DNA from: Chiloscyllium plagiosum
Lineage: Eukaryota
NCBI RefSeq assembly: GCF_004010195.1
Contig: NC_057751.1
Span: forward strand, 10,737,831-10,801,830
Direction of reading: 5' to 3'
DNA length: 64,000 nt
Below are positions 39,116 to 52,035 of the stretch, one piece after another; the stretch's first letter is position 1, and every line of letters begins with the position of its first letter. The notes below the pieces were generated by a model. That model was given only the letters and a program-made list of their open reading frames with translations, had not been told where the DNA came from and did not search any database. Position numbers and translations under genes: made by a program.

Positions 39116-39442
39116 GAACGGCCATTTAATACAAATTTCTCAGGCAATTCAAATCACAGCTGAAGATAACCGAGACTCATTACACACGTAGTGATAATGT
39201 CACTCGATTAATTATCCATAGTCCCTAATATTCTGGGGACATCGGTTCAAATCTCAGTGTAGCAGATATTGAAGTTTGACTTTGAAAAGTCTGGAATAAA
39301 AAGCTTGTGCACTGTCTATCAAATAATCATTGTCTTTTGTTGTAAAAGCTCACATGCTTCACTGATGACCTTCAGGGAAAGAAAGTTGCCTTCACCTGGC
39401 CTGACTGACTTGTGAACACCATAGCAGTGTGGTTGACATTTT

Positions 39443-41190
39443 AGAACAAAGAAAATTTACAGCCCAGGAACAGGCCCTTCGGCCCTCCAAGCCTGAGCCG
39501 ATCCAAATCTACAGTCTAAACCTTTCGTCCAATTCCTAAGCGTCTGTATCCCTCCGCTCCCCACTTACTTATGCATCTGTCCAGATGTATCTTAAATGCA
39601 TCTACCATGCATGTCTCCACCACCTCTGCTGGCAACACGTTCCAGACACCCACTGTCCTCTGTGTAAAGTACTTGCCGCGTGTATTCCCCTTAAACTTTT
39701 CACCACTCACCTTGAAAGCAAGACCTCTCATTAGTGAATCCTTCACCCTGGGAATAAGCTTATCTCTATCTACCCTATCTATACCCTTCATGATTTTGTC
39801 AACCTCAGTCAGGTCCCCCCTCAATCTCCTTTTTTTGTAATGAAAACAAACCTAACCTACTCAACCTCTCTTCATAGCTAGCACCTTCCATACCAGGCAA
39901 CATCCTCGTAAACATTCTCTCCACCTTCTCCAAAGTGTCCACATCTTTTTGGTAATGTGGTTACCAGAACTGTACACAGTATTTTAAATGCGGCCAAACC
40001 AACATTGTGTACAATTTTAACATGACCTGCCAGCTCTTATACTCAGTACCCCGTCCGATGAAGGCAAGCATACCATATGCCTTCTTAACCACTTTATCCA
40101 CCTGTGCAGCAACCTTCAGGGTAGACCTGCACTCCCAGATCTTTCTGCTCACCAACTTTTCCTAAGGCTCTTCCGTTTACTGTATAATTCACTTTCGAAT
40201 TAGACTTGCCAAAGTGCATTACCTCACATTTTCCTGGATTGAACTCCTTCTGCGACTTCTCCGCCCAACTCTTCAGTCTATCTATATTCTCCTGTATTCC
40301 CTTGGGCTTTCTGCTACTCCACCAATCTTCGTGCTATCTGTAAACTTGCTGATCATACCATATACCCCAAACAACAATGGCCCCAGCACTGATCCCTGAT
40401 CACTAGATTAGATTAGATTACTTTACAGTGTGGAAACAGGCCTTTCGGCCCAACAAGTCCACACCGACCCGCCGAAGCGCACCGACCCAGACCCATTCCC
40501 CTACAGTTACCCCTGCACCTAACACTACAGGCAATTTAGCGTGGCCAATTCACCTAATCTGCACATTTTTGGAGTGTGGGAGGAAACCGGAGCACCCGGA
40601 GGAAACCCACGCAGACACGGGGAGAATGTGCAAACTCCACACAGTCAGTCGCCTGAGGCGGGAATTGAACCCGGGTCTCTGGCGCTGTGAGGCAGCAGTG
40701 CTAACTGCTGTGCCACCGTGCCGCCCACTACTACTCTGTTTCCTGTTGCTCAACCAGTTCTTTATCCGCCTAGCAAGAACATCATGCACACCATGTGACT
40801 TCACTTTCTCTATTAGTTTACCGTGGGGAACCTTATCAATCGCCTTACGAAAGTCCATGTATATGACATCAACAGACCTTCCTTCGTATATCAGCTTGGC
40901 CACTTCCTCAAAGAACTCTATTAAATTGGTAAGGCACGATCTCCCCTGCACAAAACTAGTTGCCTATCACTGATAAGCCCATTCTTTTCCAAATATAATT
41001 AGATCCGATCCCTCAGTACCTTCTCCAGCAACTTTCCCACCACTGATGTCAGGCTCACGGGGCTGTAGTTACCTGGAATATCCCTACTACCCTTCTTGTA
41101 CAGGGGGAGAACATGAGCAATCCTCCAGTCCTCCGGCACCTCACCTTTTTTAATGATGCTACAAAGATATCTGTCAGGGCCCCAGCTATT
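39443..41190 (-). mobile_element. CR1 LINE, 5'-truncated and decayed (RT plus 3' end)
   Basis: ORFs GRSCLTNLIEFFEEV...VDVIYMDFRKAIDKVPHGKL, QVDKVVKKAYGMLAFIGRG...LKYCVQFW and RGDLTEVDKIMKGIDRV. Confidence 0.92.
40404..40726 (-). mobile_element. Young full-length HE1-type V-SINE nested in CR1
   Basis: Reverse strand gggcggcacggtggcacag...gggttcaattccc (A/B boxes), V-domain, CR1-like tail, (tctaa)n end; cacta at both junctions. Confidence 0.92.
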
Positions 41191-42204
41191 TTATTTACTG
41201 TTCTCTGAAGTGGCTGAGTGGACCACTCTGATCAAGGGCAATAAATGCAGGACGTGCCAGTGACACCTATATCCATGGAATGAATTTTCACCCTGGTGTT
41301 GGCTTCTGCAACATGCTGACAGTTTGCCTTCATGAATGTTAAAGGTTATACAGTTGAAGTATTTGAGTCATTGGTGTTTAAGAGCAATCCACCAGCATAG
41401 GACCCCATCTCTTCTAATGTCAATCGCCAAGGTGTTATGTGCCTTTATGACCTTGGTGCTATGTGGAGCGTTCATTAAGGTGGACTTTGTTTCAATGTTG
41501 CATTGCAGCGGATATTAGTAACTCTGTAAAGCTGGCCTCTGAGAACCAGCTGAGTTGCTGACATGCCCATACATTTACTGTCTGCAATCTCCCCACTACA
41601 AGCTCACTCCATCTATCACCCTGTGCAAACCGCTCACCTGACTCCAGTTTCCAGTTCAGGTTTGGACAACTGTACCTATTCTCTGGAGTGGATTCAGAGC
41701 AGAGCTTTCAGACATCACAGCTGTTGTGTACCATCGAGGCATTTGTTCATGCTTAGAAATGTAATTTACTCCTCAAAATCAAGCTGATTTCTTGAAATGT
41801 TGATATTAAATATTCATACTTCTGCTAAATGTTCAGTTTATAGGAGTATGAATATTTAAATGTAAATTTATAGATCAGTCAAACAATGGGTATTATTTCT
41901 TTGTCTTTTTGAACCACTTTGAGATAATTTTCTTCAATCAGTTATGTTACAAGTAACATGTCATCTACTTTACTTCCTCATATCAAGTGTTGTCTTCCTC
42001 AGTTAATCTGAACAAAAGAAGGAGGTCTTTTCAATTGCTGTTTGTCTGTGAGCTTTTCTTAACTACAAGTTACTTTATCATCTCTGGAATAAATCATGAA
42101 TAACTGGTTAATTGATATGGGTGGGTGTGAAGAAAACTTGTTTTGCAGTTTCTGGGGATGCATATTTTTTCTGTAAGTGTGCCCGATTATTATAGTTTTG
42201 GCAT

Positions 42205-42425
42205 CATTGAGGAACTCAAGTGACAGACTCTGGAGACTCAGGTCCATTGTCATAAAAGCCCATCTGGTTCACTCGTGTTCTTGGTGAAGGAAATCTGTTG
42301 TCAAAAGCTTATCTGGCTGGTCTGTGACTCCAGACCAACATCAATGTCATTGTCTCTTAACTGTCTTGAATGACGACTTCAAGTTGGGGAGCAAATGCCG
42401 GGCAGTGGCCACGTTGCGTGGAAAA
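42205..42425 (+). mobile_element. tRNA-derived SINE (second family), partial
   Basis: taaaagcccatctggttcactc...aaggaaatctg...gtgactccagacc...ctcttaactg. Confidence 0.65.
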
Positions 42426-43499
42426 CTTTGGGACCGTCACTGACTGACTGATTTACTTTGTGTGTGTGTGTGTGTGTCTCTTTCTCTCTCTCTCACTTCG
42501 TCTCTGTTCTAACCAGCACTTCCATTACATCGATGCTTGCTTCTCTTTCTCTCCCCCTCTTTTTTTCTTCTGTTCCCTCCCACACCTGTCTCTGGCTCTT
42601 TCTCCTTCTCACTTGCTTCCGATGTTCTGATGGCTCAGCATTTTCAGCTTGATGTTTACTTGTTACTGAACCACACATTTTCACTTTCTTATGTAAACTC
42701 TTCCTGTGCTGCATTTTTAGAATTTTCTTAATGATCTCTTTCTCCCTTCAAAAGCTCTGATGTCAGTCATCTCATTTAATCCTGATCTCATTGATTTTGG
42801 ATCCTGTTCAGTGCCTTGAGTTGTTTCACAACTTATTGTAGGAGTGGACAGGTTTATTGTTGTCAAGCTGTTGCAACAGAAACTTGGAGCTCTTGTGTTC
42901 TGGTATTGGAAGGTAACCATTTTCAATTAATTTGTGCATAAAAGAGTCAGTTGTGCATCATTATTATTGCAGTCCTGTTTGAGATTTTTTTTAGCCTGAA
43001 TTTCAGCGAGCTGAGAGAAACCTCTCAGATTCACTTTGCAATATGTTAAAATTCTGTATTTTTAGAAAATGTTTCAATTTGCACCCCAACACTTGATTCA
43101 GTTGCAAATTGTCACTAAATTTGGCTTTTCCATGCTGTTGTGTTTTTTACTTTGTGAAGCTCAGCATTGCCAGGTGTTGCCTTAATGGATAACTTGTGGG
43201 AGGTAATTGGGTGGAGTTGTTCCCCGTGGGAGCCCTGGGAGGATGGTATGCTTGGGTTTCAGAACGCAGTGTGACTGAGCAATGCAACACGCCTTCGCTC
43301 TGAGTGTTTTCTGTCTTGTCACGACATCCTGAAGTGTGAAGCTTGGTCTCAACATGATAATTATTACCTACGCTGAAACAAACTGCATACAGTTTATGCT
43401 TTAAATAATGTTCATTGGGGTTGTATTTTAATTGAAGATGGTGTCTCATCATCAGTACTTCAAACTAGCCGAAGCAAATGAAAATTCTCAGTGCTTTCA

Positions 43500-44092
43500 A
43501 AGTAGAGGGGTTGGGAGATCATCTTCGGTTGCTAATTGGTTCGGCCAGTTTTGGAATATTGCACGCAATTCTGGTCTTCCTATTGGAAGGATGTTGTGAA
43601 ATTTGAAAGGGTTCAGAGAAGATTTACAAGGATGTTGCCAGAGTTGTAGGGTTTGAGCTATAGTGGGAGGCTGACTAGGCTGAGGCTGTTTTCCCTGGAG
43701 CATCTGAGGCTGAGGGGTGACCTTATCGAGGTTTATAAAATCATGAAGGACATGGATATGGTAAACAGACAAGGTCTTTTCCTTGGGGTGAGGATGTCCA
43801 GAACTAGAGGGTGTAGGTTTAGGTTGAGAGGAAAAATATTTAAAATGCACCTCAGGGCAACTTGTCCATTCAAAGGCTGTTGCATCATATGGAATGAGCT
43901 GCCAGAGGAAGTGGTGGAGGCTGGTACAATTACAACATTTAAAAGGCATCTGGATGGGTATATGAATAAGAAAGGTTTACAGGCATATGGGCCAAGTGCT
44001 GGCAGATGGGACGAGGTTGGTTTCAGATATCTGGTTGGCATGGACAAGTTGGACCGAAGGGTCTGTTTACGTGCTGTACATCTCTATGACTG
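43500..44092 (+). mobile_element. CR1 LINE 3' end
   Basis: ORF 43653.. RLTRLRLFSLEHLRLRGDLIEVYKIMK...WNELPEEVVEAGTITTFKRHLDGYM; tail ggaccgaagggtctgtttacgtgctgtacatctctatgact. Confidence 0.92.
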
Positions 44093-44724
44093 TAATCCCA
44101 CCTTGGCTCTGCAGTTTTCTTTTGCCTCAAACTGCCTTAAAGCCCATGGCACTAAGATCTGCTTTATTCCAATTCTGGCTTCCTGTCCAAAAGAAATTTT
44201 CATCACTACCCCAAGGGTGATGTGCCTTAAGCTTTGTAGCCACAAAGATTAAATTTCCTTTCTATGTCTACTGGCCTTTGTACCTTTTCTCCTTTTAAGT
44301 CAACACTTCACACAAGCATAAATGTTAAAGCAGGAATCACATTGATTCAAATCTATGTCTTTGGACAGACCTTTGGTTATTTGGTCTCATTGCTGCTCAG
44401 ATAGCTTGATGTTTCACATTGTTTCTGTCAAACATGTAAGCATTTGTCACTATATTGAAGATGTTCTGTAACTGGAAGGGGATCAATCAGTTAGATGAAC
44501 AGACAGATGTTTCTGTGGCTATGGATGTGACTGCAGGATGCTAATGTCTGAGATGTAATTTAATTGTGGAAAATCATTCCAGAAACCTTCACATGTGGCA
44601 GCATGTAGATCCATACAGTGCAGAAATTTCAGGAGGTCCTTGAAGTTAGCTGACTCTTGTATATTGGAATGTTAAAGCAATTCTTGATAATTCCATTTTG
44701 CACAGACAAATAACTGAAGCCTGT

Positions 44725-45724
44725 TGTGGTTCTCCTCGCAAAGTGCAAGTTCTTCTGATTGTGGGTCATGGCAGAGAGGTGTACTGCTCCATGGACAAAC
44801 CCTGGCAAAGAACAGCAAGCCTACCTCTACCACACCTCGTCCTTCATTTCAATCCAAGAATCTAGACGTTAGATGTGACTCCAGGGTGGTAAGGAGCCAA
44901 CAAATGAAATTCTCTGAATTTTTTAGACTAGATTCCCTGCAGTGTAGAAGCAGGCCATTTGGCTCAACAAGTCCATACCACCCCACCGAAGAGTAATCCA
45001 CCCAGACCCATTTCTCTCTGACTAATCCACCTGACATTATGGGCAGTTTAACATGGCCAATTCACCTGACCTGCATATCTTTGCATTGTGGGAGGAAACC
45101 GGAGCACCCAGAGGAAACTGACGCAGACACAGGGAGAACGTACAAACTCCACACAGCTATTCGCCCGAGGCTGGAATTGAAACCAGGTCCCTGGCACCGT
45201 GAGGCAGCAGTGCTAACCACTGAGCCATTTGCCACCCGGATTGTTTGTCAATAAACCTGATCACGATCAGTTGAAAAGTCACACGACTCAACCCTTGATT
45301 AGTTTAACATGACATTTCACTGTACACTGCCTTACCATCCAGCTCCTTTGTGATGCATCTGAAAATAAAACTGGTCCTTACATTCCATCCTTGGACAAGA
45401 AGCTTTACTTTACAGAATAGAATTTACAGAGGAACCATGGTCCAGGAGCCATGCTGGGGGTTACAGGGCAGCAATTTCCAAAAGGTTGTCCCTGTTCTAA
45501 AACCCTGTCAACATCTTTTGTTTACCTTTGTACCTGGGAGTGCTTGTTGAAAGAGAGTGCTTCCAGAAGCTTGCCAGCGTCTGTAGATTCTTGGATTAAA
45601 ATGAAGGAGCAGGTGTGATAGAGATGGGCTTGCTGTTCTTTGCCACAGTTTGTCCATGGAGAGTACTCTTCTCTGCCACTGGCCACAATCACAAGGACTT
45701 GCAATTTGCATGGAAATGACCACA
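44725..45724. repeat. Inverted repeat with ~145-bp arms (44725-44868 and 45578-45724)
   Basis: ctccatggacaaaccctggcaaagaacagcaagcc...tccttcatttcaatccaagaatcta recurs as its reverse complement about 700 bp downstream, roughly 80% identical by eye. Confidence 0.85.
44924..45237 (-). mobile_element. HE1-type SINE
   Basis: catggccaattcacctgacctgca...gggaggaaaccggagcacccagaggaaac...gaggcagcagtgctaaccactgagcc. Confidence 0.9.
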
Positions 45725-47194
45725 CATCCATGGAACCTGTACAGCATGAGGATTTTGCTGCTTGTTCCTGAATGGAGCCTTCTGTCTCCCTCTCTCTGTC
45801 GCTCTCTCGCTCTCTTTATGCTCTGATGATCAGATGAAGGGACAAAGCTATTCTCTTGGCTTCATTGTGATTAGTTTGTTCACTTCCACGATAAGGAATC
45901 TTTGCATGCCATTGGTCTGACCTGTGGTGAACTTGTGGCCATTTGCTTTCTACCAGATATCAGCAGTTATCATTTGTTTTTGTCATTTCCAAAATATTAA
46001 CCGAGCTAGGCTGGGAATTCACAGATGATGGAGACATGTTTTAAAGGTCCTCAAAATAGTGCCATGTTATGTGCCTGAAATAAACATGCTATGTCATTTA
46101 GACTCTCTCGGATAGATTTGTTCCAACAAAGAAAAAGAGTATTATCAAGTAACTAGTTCTGACCAGATGTATACTATGTCTGATGTTCCTGTCATTGTGG
46201 TTTAAGACCAAGTTGAAGGTCAGTGTTTTTGACGGAGTAGTATTGTGAAATACCAAGGGTACTTCAAGTTGCCAAATCTCTGTGCTTCGAAAACGACATT
46301 CAGTAAAATATCATCTGATTGACTTAATCGCAAATTGTATCCCATTCAGTGAATGAGACCCCATAAATGTGAATACAGAATTGGTTCAGGGATGAAAAGC
46401 CAAGGGAACAAGTATTTCCCAGGTGTTGGTTTTGTTACGGCCATTAGTCTCTCCTCACTTTAACCCCCTTTGGGTCATTTTGAAGCAAATATTTTTCTTT
46501 TCCTTTCAACATATGACAAGTAACTATCACACTTGATTTAAAACTTAATCAAGTTAATTCAGTCAAAATGAAGAAGCCTATTCCAAGGTTTTCTTGAGTG
46601 CTTATTTCATTCCCTACGAACTCTCAGAAAAACAAGAATAAAGCACACACACAAACTCAGAGCAATTTTAGAAGTGTTGGGGGAGGATGTCTGGTAGAGA
46701 CCGGGAGATCCTAGCAGATGTAGTTTAGTGTTCTTACAGTCCTGGAGTTACAAGAGTGAGAATGAAGTCCATGGCTATTTAGTTCTTGTTCTGTTTCCCA
46801 AGCGGGATACTGCAGCCTCACAGCACAGCATATGCCTGACTATACCATTGCAACCAGGCCAAGGGATCAACCCTGGTTTAGTAAAGGGTACATGAGGAAA
46901 TGCCAGGAGCATGCCTAACAAATATGGCGTGTCAACCTGGTAAAGCTACAAAGTGAAACTGTTCATACGTCAAACAGCACAAACAGTTAGTGATACACAA
47001 AGCGAAGTAATCTCCAAGTGGATCAGATCTTACCCCTGCAGTCCTGCCACATCTAGCCATAAATAGTGTTGGACAGTAAGAACTCAATGGAAGAGGAGGT
47101 TTCTTAACCATCCATCGTATTATTGTGAAAGGTAAGGCTGAACATTTGGGACACTTTTCACCCAGAAGTGTTGAAAGGATAATCCATTGATGTC

Positions 47195-48047
47195 CAGTGG
47201 CTCCCAGCATCACAAATGCCAATCTTCAGCCAATTCTATTCCATCCATCTGACAGCAAGAAATAGCTGAAGGCATTGGATACTGCAAAGGCTGTGGGTCC
47301 AGATGACACTTCAGTAATAGTACTGAAACGTATGCTGCAGAACATCCCAGGCCCCTGGCTTAGCTGTTCAGCACAACTACAACCCTGGCATCTTCCTGAC
47401 CATGTGGAAACTTGCTGACATTTGTTCTTTCCGCAACGCAGACAAATCCAACTCGGTCAATTATCACCTCATAATTCTACTTTCAGTCATTGGTAATAAA
47501 ATGGAAGTATCATCAACAGTTTATCAAGGAGCACTTGCTTTGCATTAACCTGCTCACTGACACCCAGTTTAGGTTCTGCCAGGGCCACTAAGCTCGTAAC
47601 CTCATTACAGCCTTAATTCAAATATGGACGAGAGAACTGAATTCCAGAGGTCAGGTGAGAGTGACAGCTCTTGACATCGAGGCCGCAGTCAACTGAGTGT
47701 GTAACAAGGAGCCCTAGAAAATCAGAGACGCTGAGAATCGTGAAGAGTGATATCTCTGCTTGTTGAAATCAACCTTGCACAAAGGAAGATGACTGAGTCA
47801 TTGGAAGTCAGTCACCTCAGCTTCAGGGCATCTCTACTAGCATTCTTCAGGGTATTGTCCTTGGCCCAACCAACTTCACCTGCTTCATCATTAACTTTCC
47901 TTCCATCATCAGGTCAGAAGTGGGATATTCGCTGATGATTACACAGTGTTCAGCACGACTTGCATCTCCATTGCTACTGAAACAGTCTTGTCCAAATGCA
48001 AGTACACATGGACAGTGTCCAGGTTTGGGTTGAAAACTGTCAAGTAA
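47195..48047 (+). mobile_element. Decayed CR1/L2-superfamily LINE RT region
   Basis: Translates LKALDTAKAVGPD...DKSNSVNY.LIILLSVI...QFRFCQGH...RVTALDIEAA...FADD; same family as 54848-56170. Confidence 0.8.
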
Positions 48048-48568
48048 CAGGTTTATTTGGAAATACTAACTTTTGGAGTGCTACTCCTTTGTCAGATAGC
48101 TAGTGGGGCAGGATTATAAGACACAGAATTTATAGCACAAGATCACAGTGTCATGCAACTGATATGGTATATTGAACGAACCTAGATTGACTTCAAGTCT
48201 TTGAACTTTTAGAATGGGTTGCAGGTTTCAGTTCATTCATATGTAAATCCCAGAACTTCTTTCAAGTGATATTCCCAAGATAACTTAAGGTTTTATATGA
48301 AAAAAGTGACATCTCAGCTCAGACAATGCATTACAGGTGTGAGGTTAGATTCTATCTGTATTCCAATCTTGAATCACAGTGGTTCTATTTCCAAAGTAGG
48401 AACTTATAGAATGTCAGATGTCTATTAGTTGCATGACCTGTGATCTTGTGCTGTAAATTCTGTGTCTTATGATCCTGCCCCACTAGCTACCTGATGAAGG
48501 AGCAAAGCTCTGAAACATAGTCCAACAGGTTTGTTTGAAAGTACTATCACCTGGTGTTGTCTGACTTA
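48048..48568. mobile_element. Penelope-like 3' end (third family) with inverted arms and a hammerhead-like motif
   Basis: 48075-48165 is the reverse complement of about 48425-48515; CTGATGA-a-ggagc-aaa-gctct-GAAA at 48491-48515. Confidence 0.7.
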
Positions 48569-49984
48569 GAGTAGTAGGAGGACCTGAAACCAGAGGATAG
48601 AGATTGAAGGTAATTAGCAGAAGAAGCAGAGGTGCAATGTAGTGCACACTTCCCACTGTGTTTGAGTAAAACTTGAAGCAGTTAGTTTTTGCCTGAATGC
48701 ACTGTAATGTGGAATGCATTGCCTGAACAGACCGTGTCAGCAGCAACTTGGGTAAAGGAATGGGGTATATTCTTGACTTGGGAAGATAACCGTACTCTAT
48801 GACAAATTAGATAGCTCCTTGAAACACCCATCAGAAGCATAAAGGGCCAAATGGTCTTCTTTGTGCTTGAATTACTTTGACTCACGATGGCTGAGACCTT
48901 GGCAACATTATTTTTAAACCATCTAATTATTGGTCTTATTTAGCCCAAGTGCTAAGGATGAAATCCCTCTGCCCTCAACACCTGCTTAAGCAGTGTAAAA
49001 GACTGTTCCACCTCCTGGGGATTTTGCTCCCCTGTTGATGATCAAGTGGAGAGGAAAGAAATGAGTTTGATGTTCTCTAGCTTTCACCTTGGCAATGTGC
49101 GGGAAAGTCTATGGTCTAAGTGGAAGCTCAAAAGCCTTGGATAGTTGCAGCTTTTAATTTGGTCAGTTTTTTAAAGATATGACGTGTTTCATATTTCCCA
49201 CTTCAGGTGAGGATTCTTTCTGATGTTTTTTGGTAAAAGCCAGTGATTTTGTTCTCCATCTCAATTTCGCCCCTCCCCAATGATGACTGATGGCTCGAAA
49301 CACCTTTGGTAATTTGTAATGAAATATTGTGGAAAATGTTTTGTTCCCCAACATGTGCACAGCTATGAATGATGATTTGATGCTCCATCGGGAATGAGGT
49401 GGTGGAAATTAACACCCTGAAGAGAACTGTCGGTGCAATTATTTATAAATGGTCATGGTAACACTTTGCTGTAGTGATATTAAATCAGCATTTACATCAG
49501 TGTGTGAAATCCGTGTTCCTTTTGCGTAGTCCCGTCTGTTTACATTGAGTAGGATGTTAAGTAGTTTCTCTTCTACTTAAGAACACAAAGGTCTGACTGT
49601 GGAATACTTATTACCTTCCTTCTCCCTTCAACGCAGTCAAGCTGTGCTGTTCACTAATTTAAAAGCAGATTGGCAGCAGATCTGCACAATCTCTAGTCAT
49701 CTTTCTGAACCAACACATGAAAATTGTGTGCTTTTGCTGAGCTGGTTATGCCAAATATTCTGTAGGATGTGAATGGGTCATTCAGAGGTTAGTTCATGCA
49801 TCACAGTCTGACCTCGCCCCATCTGAAAGGCATTTTGACGGTAACATGTGCACTATCCATTAGAATTACAGCAACGAGATGGTGTCCATGGAAACAAGAA
49901 TGAAATGGAGAATCTGAGCAGGATTTTCATTGCTCAGTTGGAGGTTGACATGCAAAAACACGAGCCTCATTGTTGGTCTTAACC

Positions 49985-50400
49985 ATATCTCTGTGGGGAG
50001 CAGTCCTGCCTCTGAATCAGACGGTTATAGTTTCAGATCCCACTCCAGAGTCTTCAACATCAAATCTACAAGTAAATTTGTTTTTGCGGGACTGAGTTTA
50101 GACTGCACTCTTCAGGATGCTGTTTTGGCTATGATATATGGAGTTTGGGCTCCATCTGACCCCTAATATGGGCAGATGGGCTCAGATGGATTTGCTCAGT
50201 GACCAGTTGGAGAGTTTTCCCTGGTGGCCAAACAATACTGACCCTTAATCAATATCACAAAAATGACACATCACTTTGTTACTGCTGTTTTTGAGATGTG
50301 GCTGCCATACTTCCTGTATTACTTGCTGTAGAAAGGAGTTCAGTGCTTTTAAAATGATTTGGGGTGCCCTGAAGGTGAAGTGCATCTCTTAAGAGAGTGA
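49985..50400 (+). mobile_element. Old Deu-domain-like (SacSINE1-like) SINE
   Basis: Head cctgcctctgaatcagacggttatag..cagatcccactccagag; body gagttttccctggtggcc...ccttaatcaatatcac...tggctgccatacttcct; heavily diverged. Confidence 0.55.
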
Positions 50401-51980
50401 CATCTTTTCTGAAGACTATCAGCTAGATTTGAGACACTGCCATTCTTCCATGACTTGGGTTTGTGTTTGTCCCACATTGGTGAAAACAAATCAAGGGGAA
50501 AGTAAGTTTGGCAAATTGTATTCCATGGTTCATTGGGATGTGTAGATACTGCAATATCATTTGTTTCTTGATTGACATATTTTCATTTTCCACATGATCA
50601 GAGAGGTGACCAAAGTAGATGTGTTCTGCTTTGTATCACCGCATTTTAAAGAGTGTAATACGTTGTCCACAGACACTCACTGAGCACATGGTTTAATTTA
50701 TTGAATGCATGGTTCTTTCACTTTCCTGACCTTTTTCTCTGAAATGTCCAATTTATTCTGTGCCAATTCCAAGGTCAACTAATAAAAATGTTTTGTGGAC
50801 TCACCATCAATTGCTGAGTTTGCAGAACAAATAGGAGTGGAAATAAGCCATGTTGCTACTCAAGCTTGCTTTGTCATTTTCCCTATATTGCTTGATTTCC
50901 TTGGTGTCCAAAATCAGTCAGTCTCAGTCTTGAATGTACTCAGGTTTGAACAACACAATTGAGTTGCTTGGATACTATAGTCAGTGGGTGATGGAGTCAC
51001 CAAAATCTAAAGGTCAGGTGCTATGCCCTTGAATTCTTTAACTTCCTGACCGAAAATAAAAAGTAGATGATGGTAGAAAGCAGTAGGTTTGATCAAAATC
51101 TTGTGTTTTATGATGGTTTTGTCAGTTGAAGAGTGCAAGACATGAACATACCCTGTAGTTGGACATCTTTGTTGGACATCCAATCTTCACCACATTTGTT
51201 GAGCTCAGCAATATGACTGGACAGCTTTATCAGAATTGTGCCATGGTTTAAAAGGTTAAATTTTTGAGAACATGTTGCATAAGCCTCCTTTGAGCAGAGA
51301 GGCTTGAGGATGATCAGATTACTGTCCAATAGACTGGACACCATGAAGCTATTTCTTTGTGTGACAGAATCCAGACTTGTTATCTGAAAATTAAAGCTAA
51401 ACTATTTTAGAATATAACCAATTAATCAAAGTTAGAAATTTCTGATGCTTCCTTCTTTTAAAACCTGTGGATGTGAAACAACTGAAGTTTTCACAATTGT
51501 TCTTGATAAATCTATGGCCAAAGTATCAAGGTATGTAGACCATGAATGGATAATACTGGCTGGAAGATAAACATTGACCGTGCCTTGATCGAATGGGGAA
51601 GCAGATTTGGGGGGTCAAGAATGTACTGCTTACTACACATTCCTATTGGTCTCATAATAAATTTAGGAAAGATCACACAAGTGAGGAAAATGATCTAGTT
51701 TTATTCATAAATCAGTTGTAAATTGTTGCAGGTTACCAGAAAACATTCATAGGATGTGAGGGACCAAAGATACAAGGGAAAGCCAACAGGATAATTAGTG
51801 TGATAAAGGCCAGTAAGTACTCAGGGGCTATGGACACAAAGACTTCTCATTCCTGTGCTTATACTCATCTAGTTGTGTGTGACATGCATCAACAGCTTGT
51901 CCTTTTATGTAAGTGTTCAGTGAGCATTGTTTATGAAGTCAAATGTTTAAAGCTTAATGTAAAATTGCTTTCTTTTTCAG

Positions 51981-52035
51981 TTCGTCTCCATGACAGCATA
52001 TCGGAAGAAGGATTTCACTACCTCGTGTTTGACTT
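51981..52035 (+). CDS. CAMK2B: CaMKII beta kinase-domain internal exon (55 bp)
   Basis: Acceptor ctttctttttcag, donor gtgagt; translates (V)RLHDSISEEGFHYLVFD(L), visible at the end of ORF 51800..52039; phase matches the preceding exon. Confidence 0.93.

Larger units (their letters stand above)
39185..41288 (+). mobile_element. tRNA-derived SINE (second family) split into 39185-39442 and about 41192-41288 by a CR1 insertion
   Basis: 5' half ends gcagtgtggttgacatttt; 3' half resumes actgttctctgaagtggc...gggcaataaatgc...gccagtgacacc, collinear with the uninterrupted copies. Confidence 0.7.

Noticed and set aside
40655..40726. tRNA gene
   Set aside because: A/B boxes belong to the HE1 SINE head and run straight into the SINE body; the same applies to the other SINE heads.
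46433..47070. Additional LTR starting tgttacgg
   Set aside because: No matching terminus, TSD or second copy found in the window.
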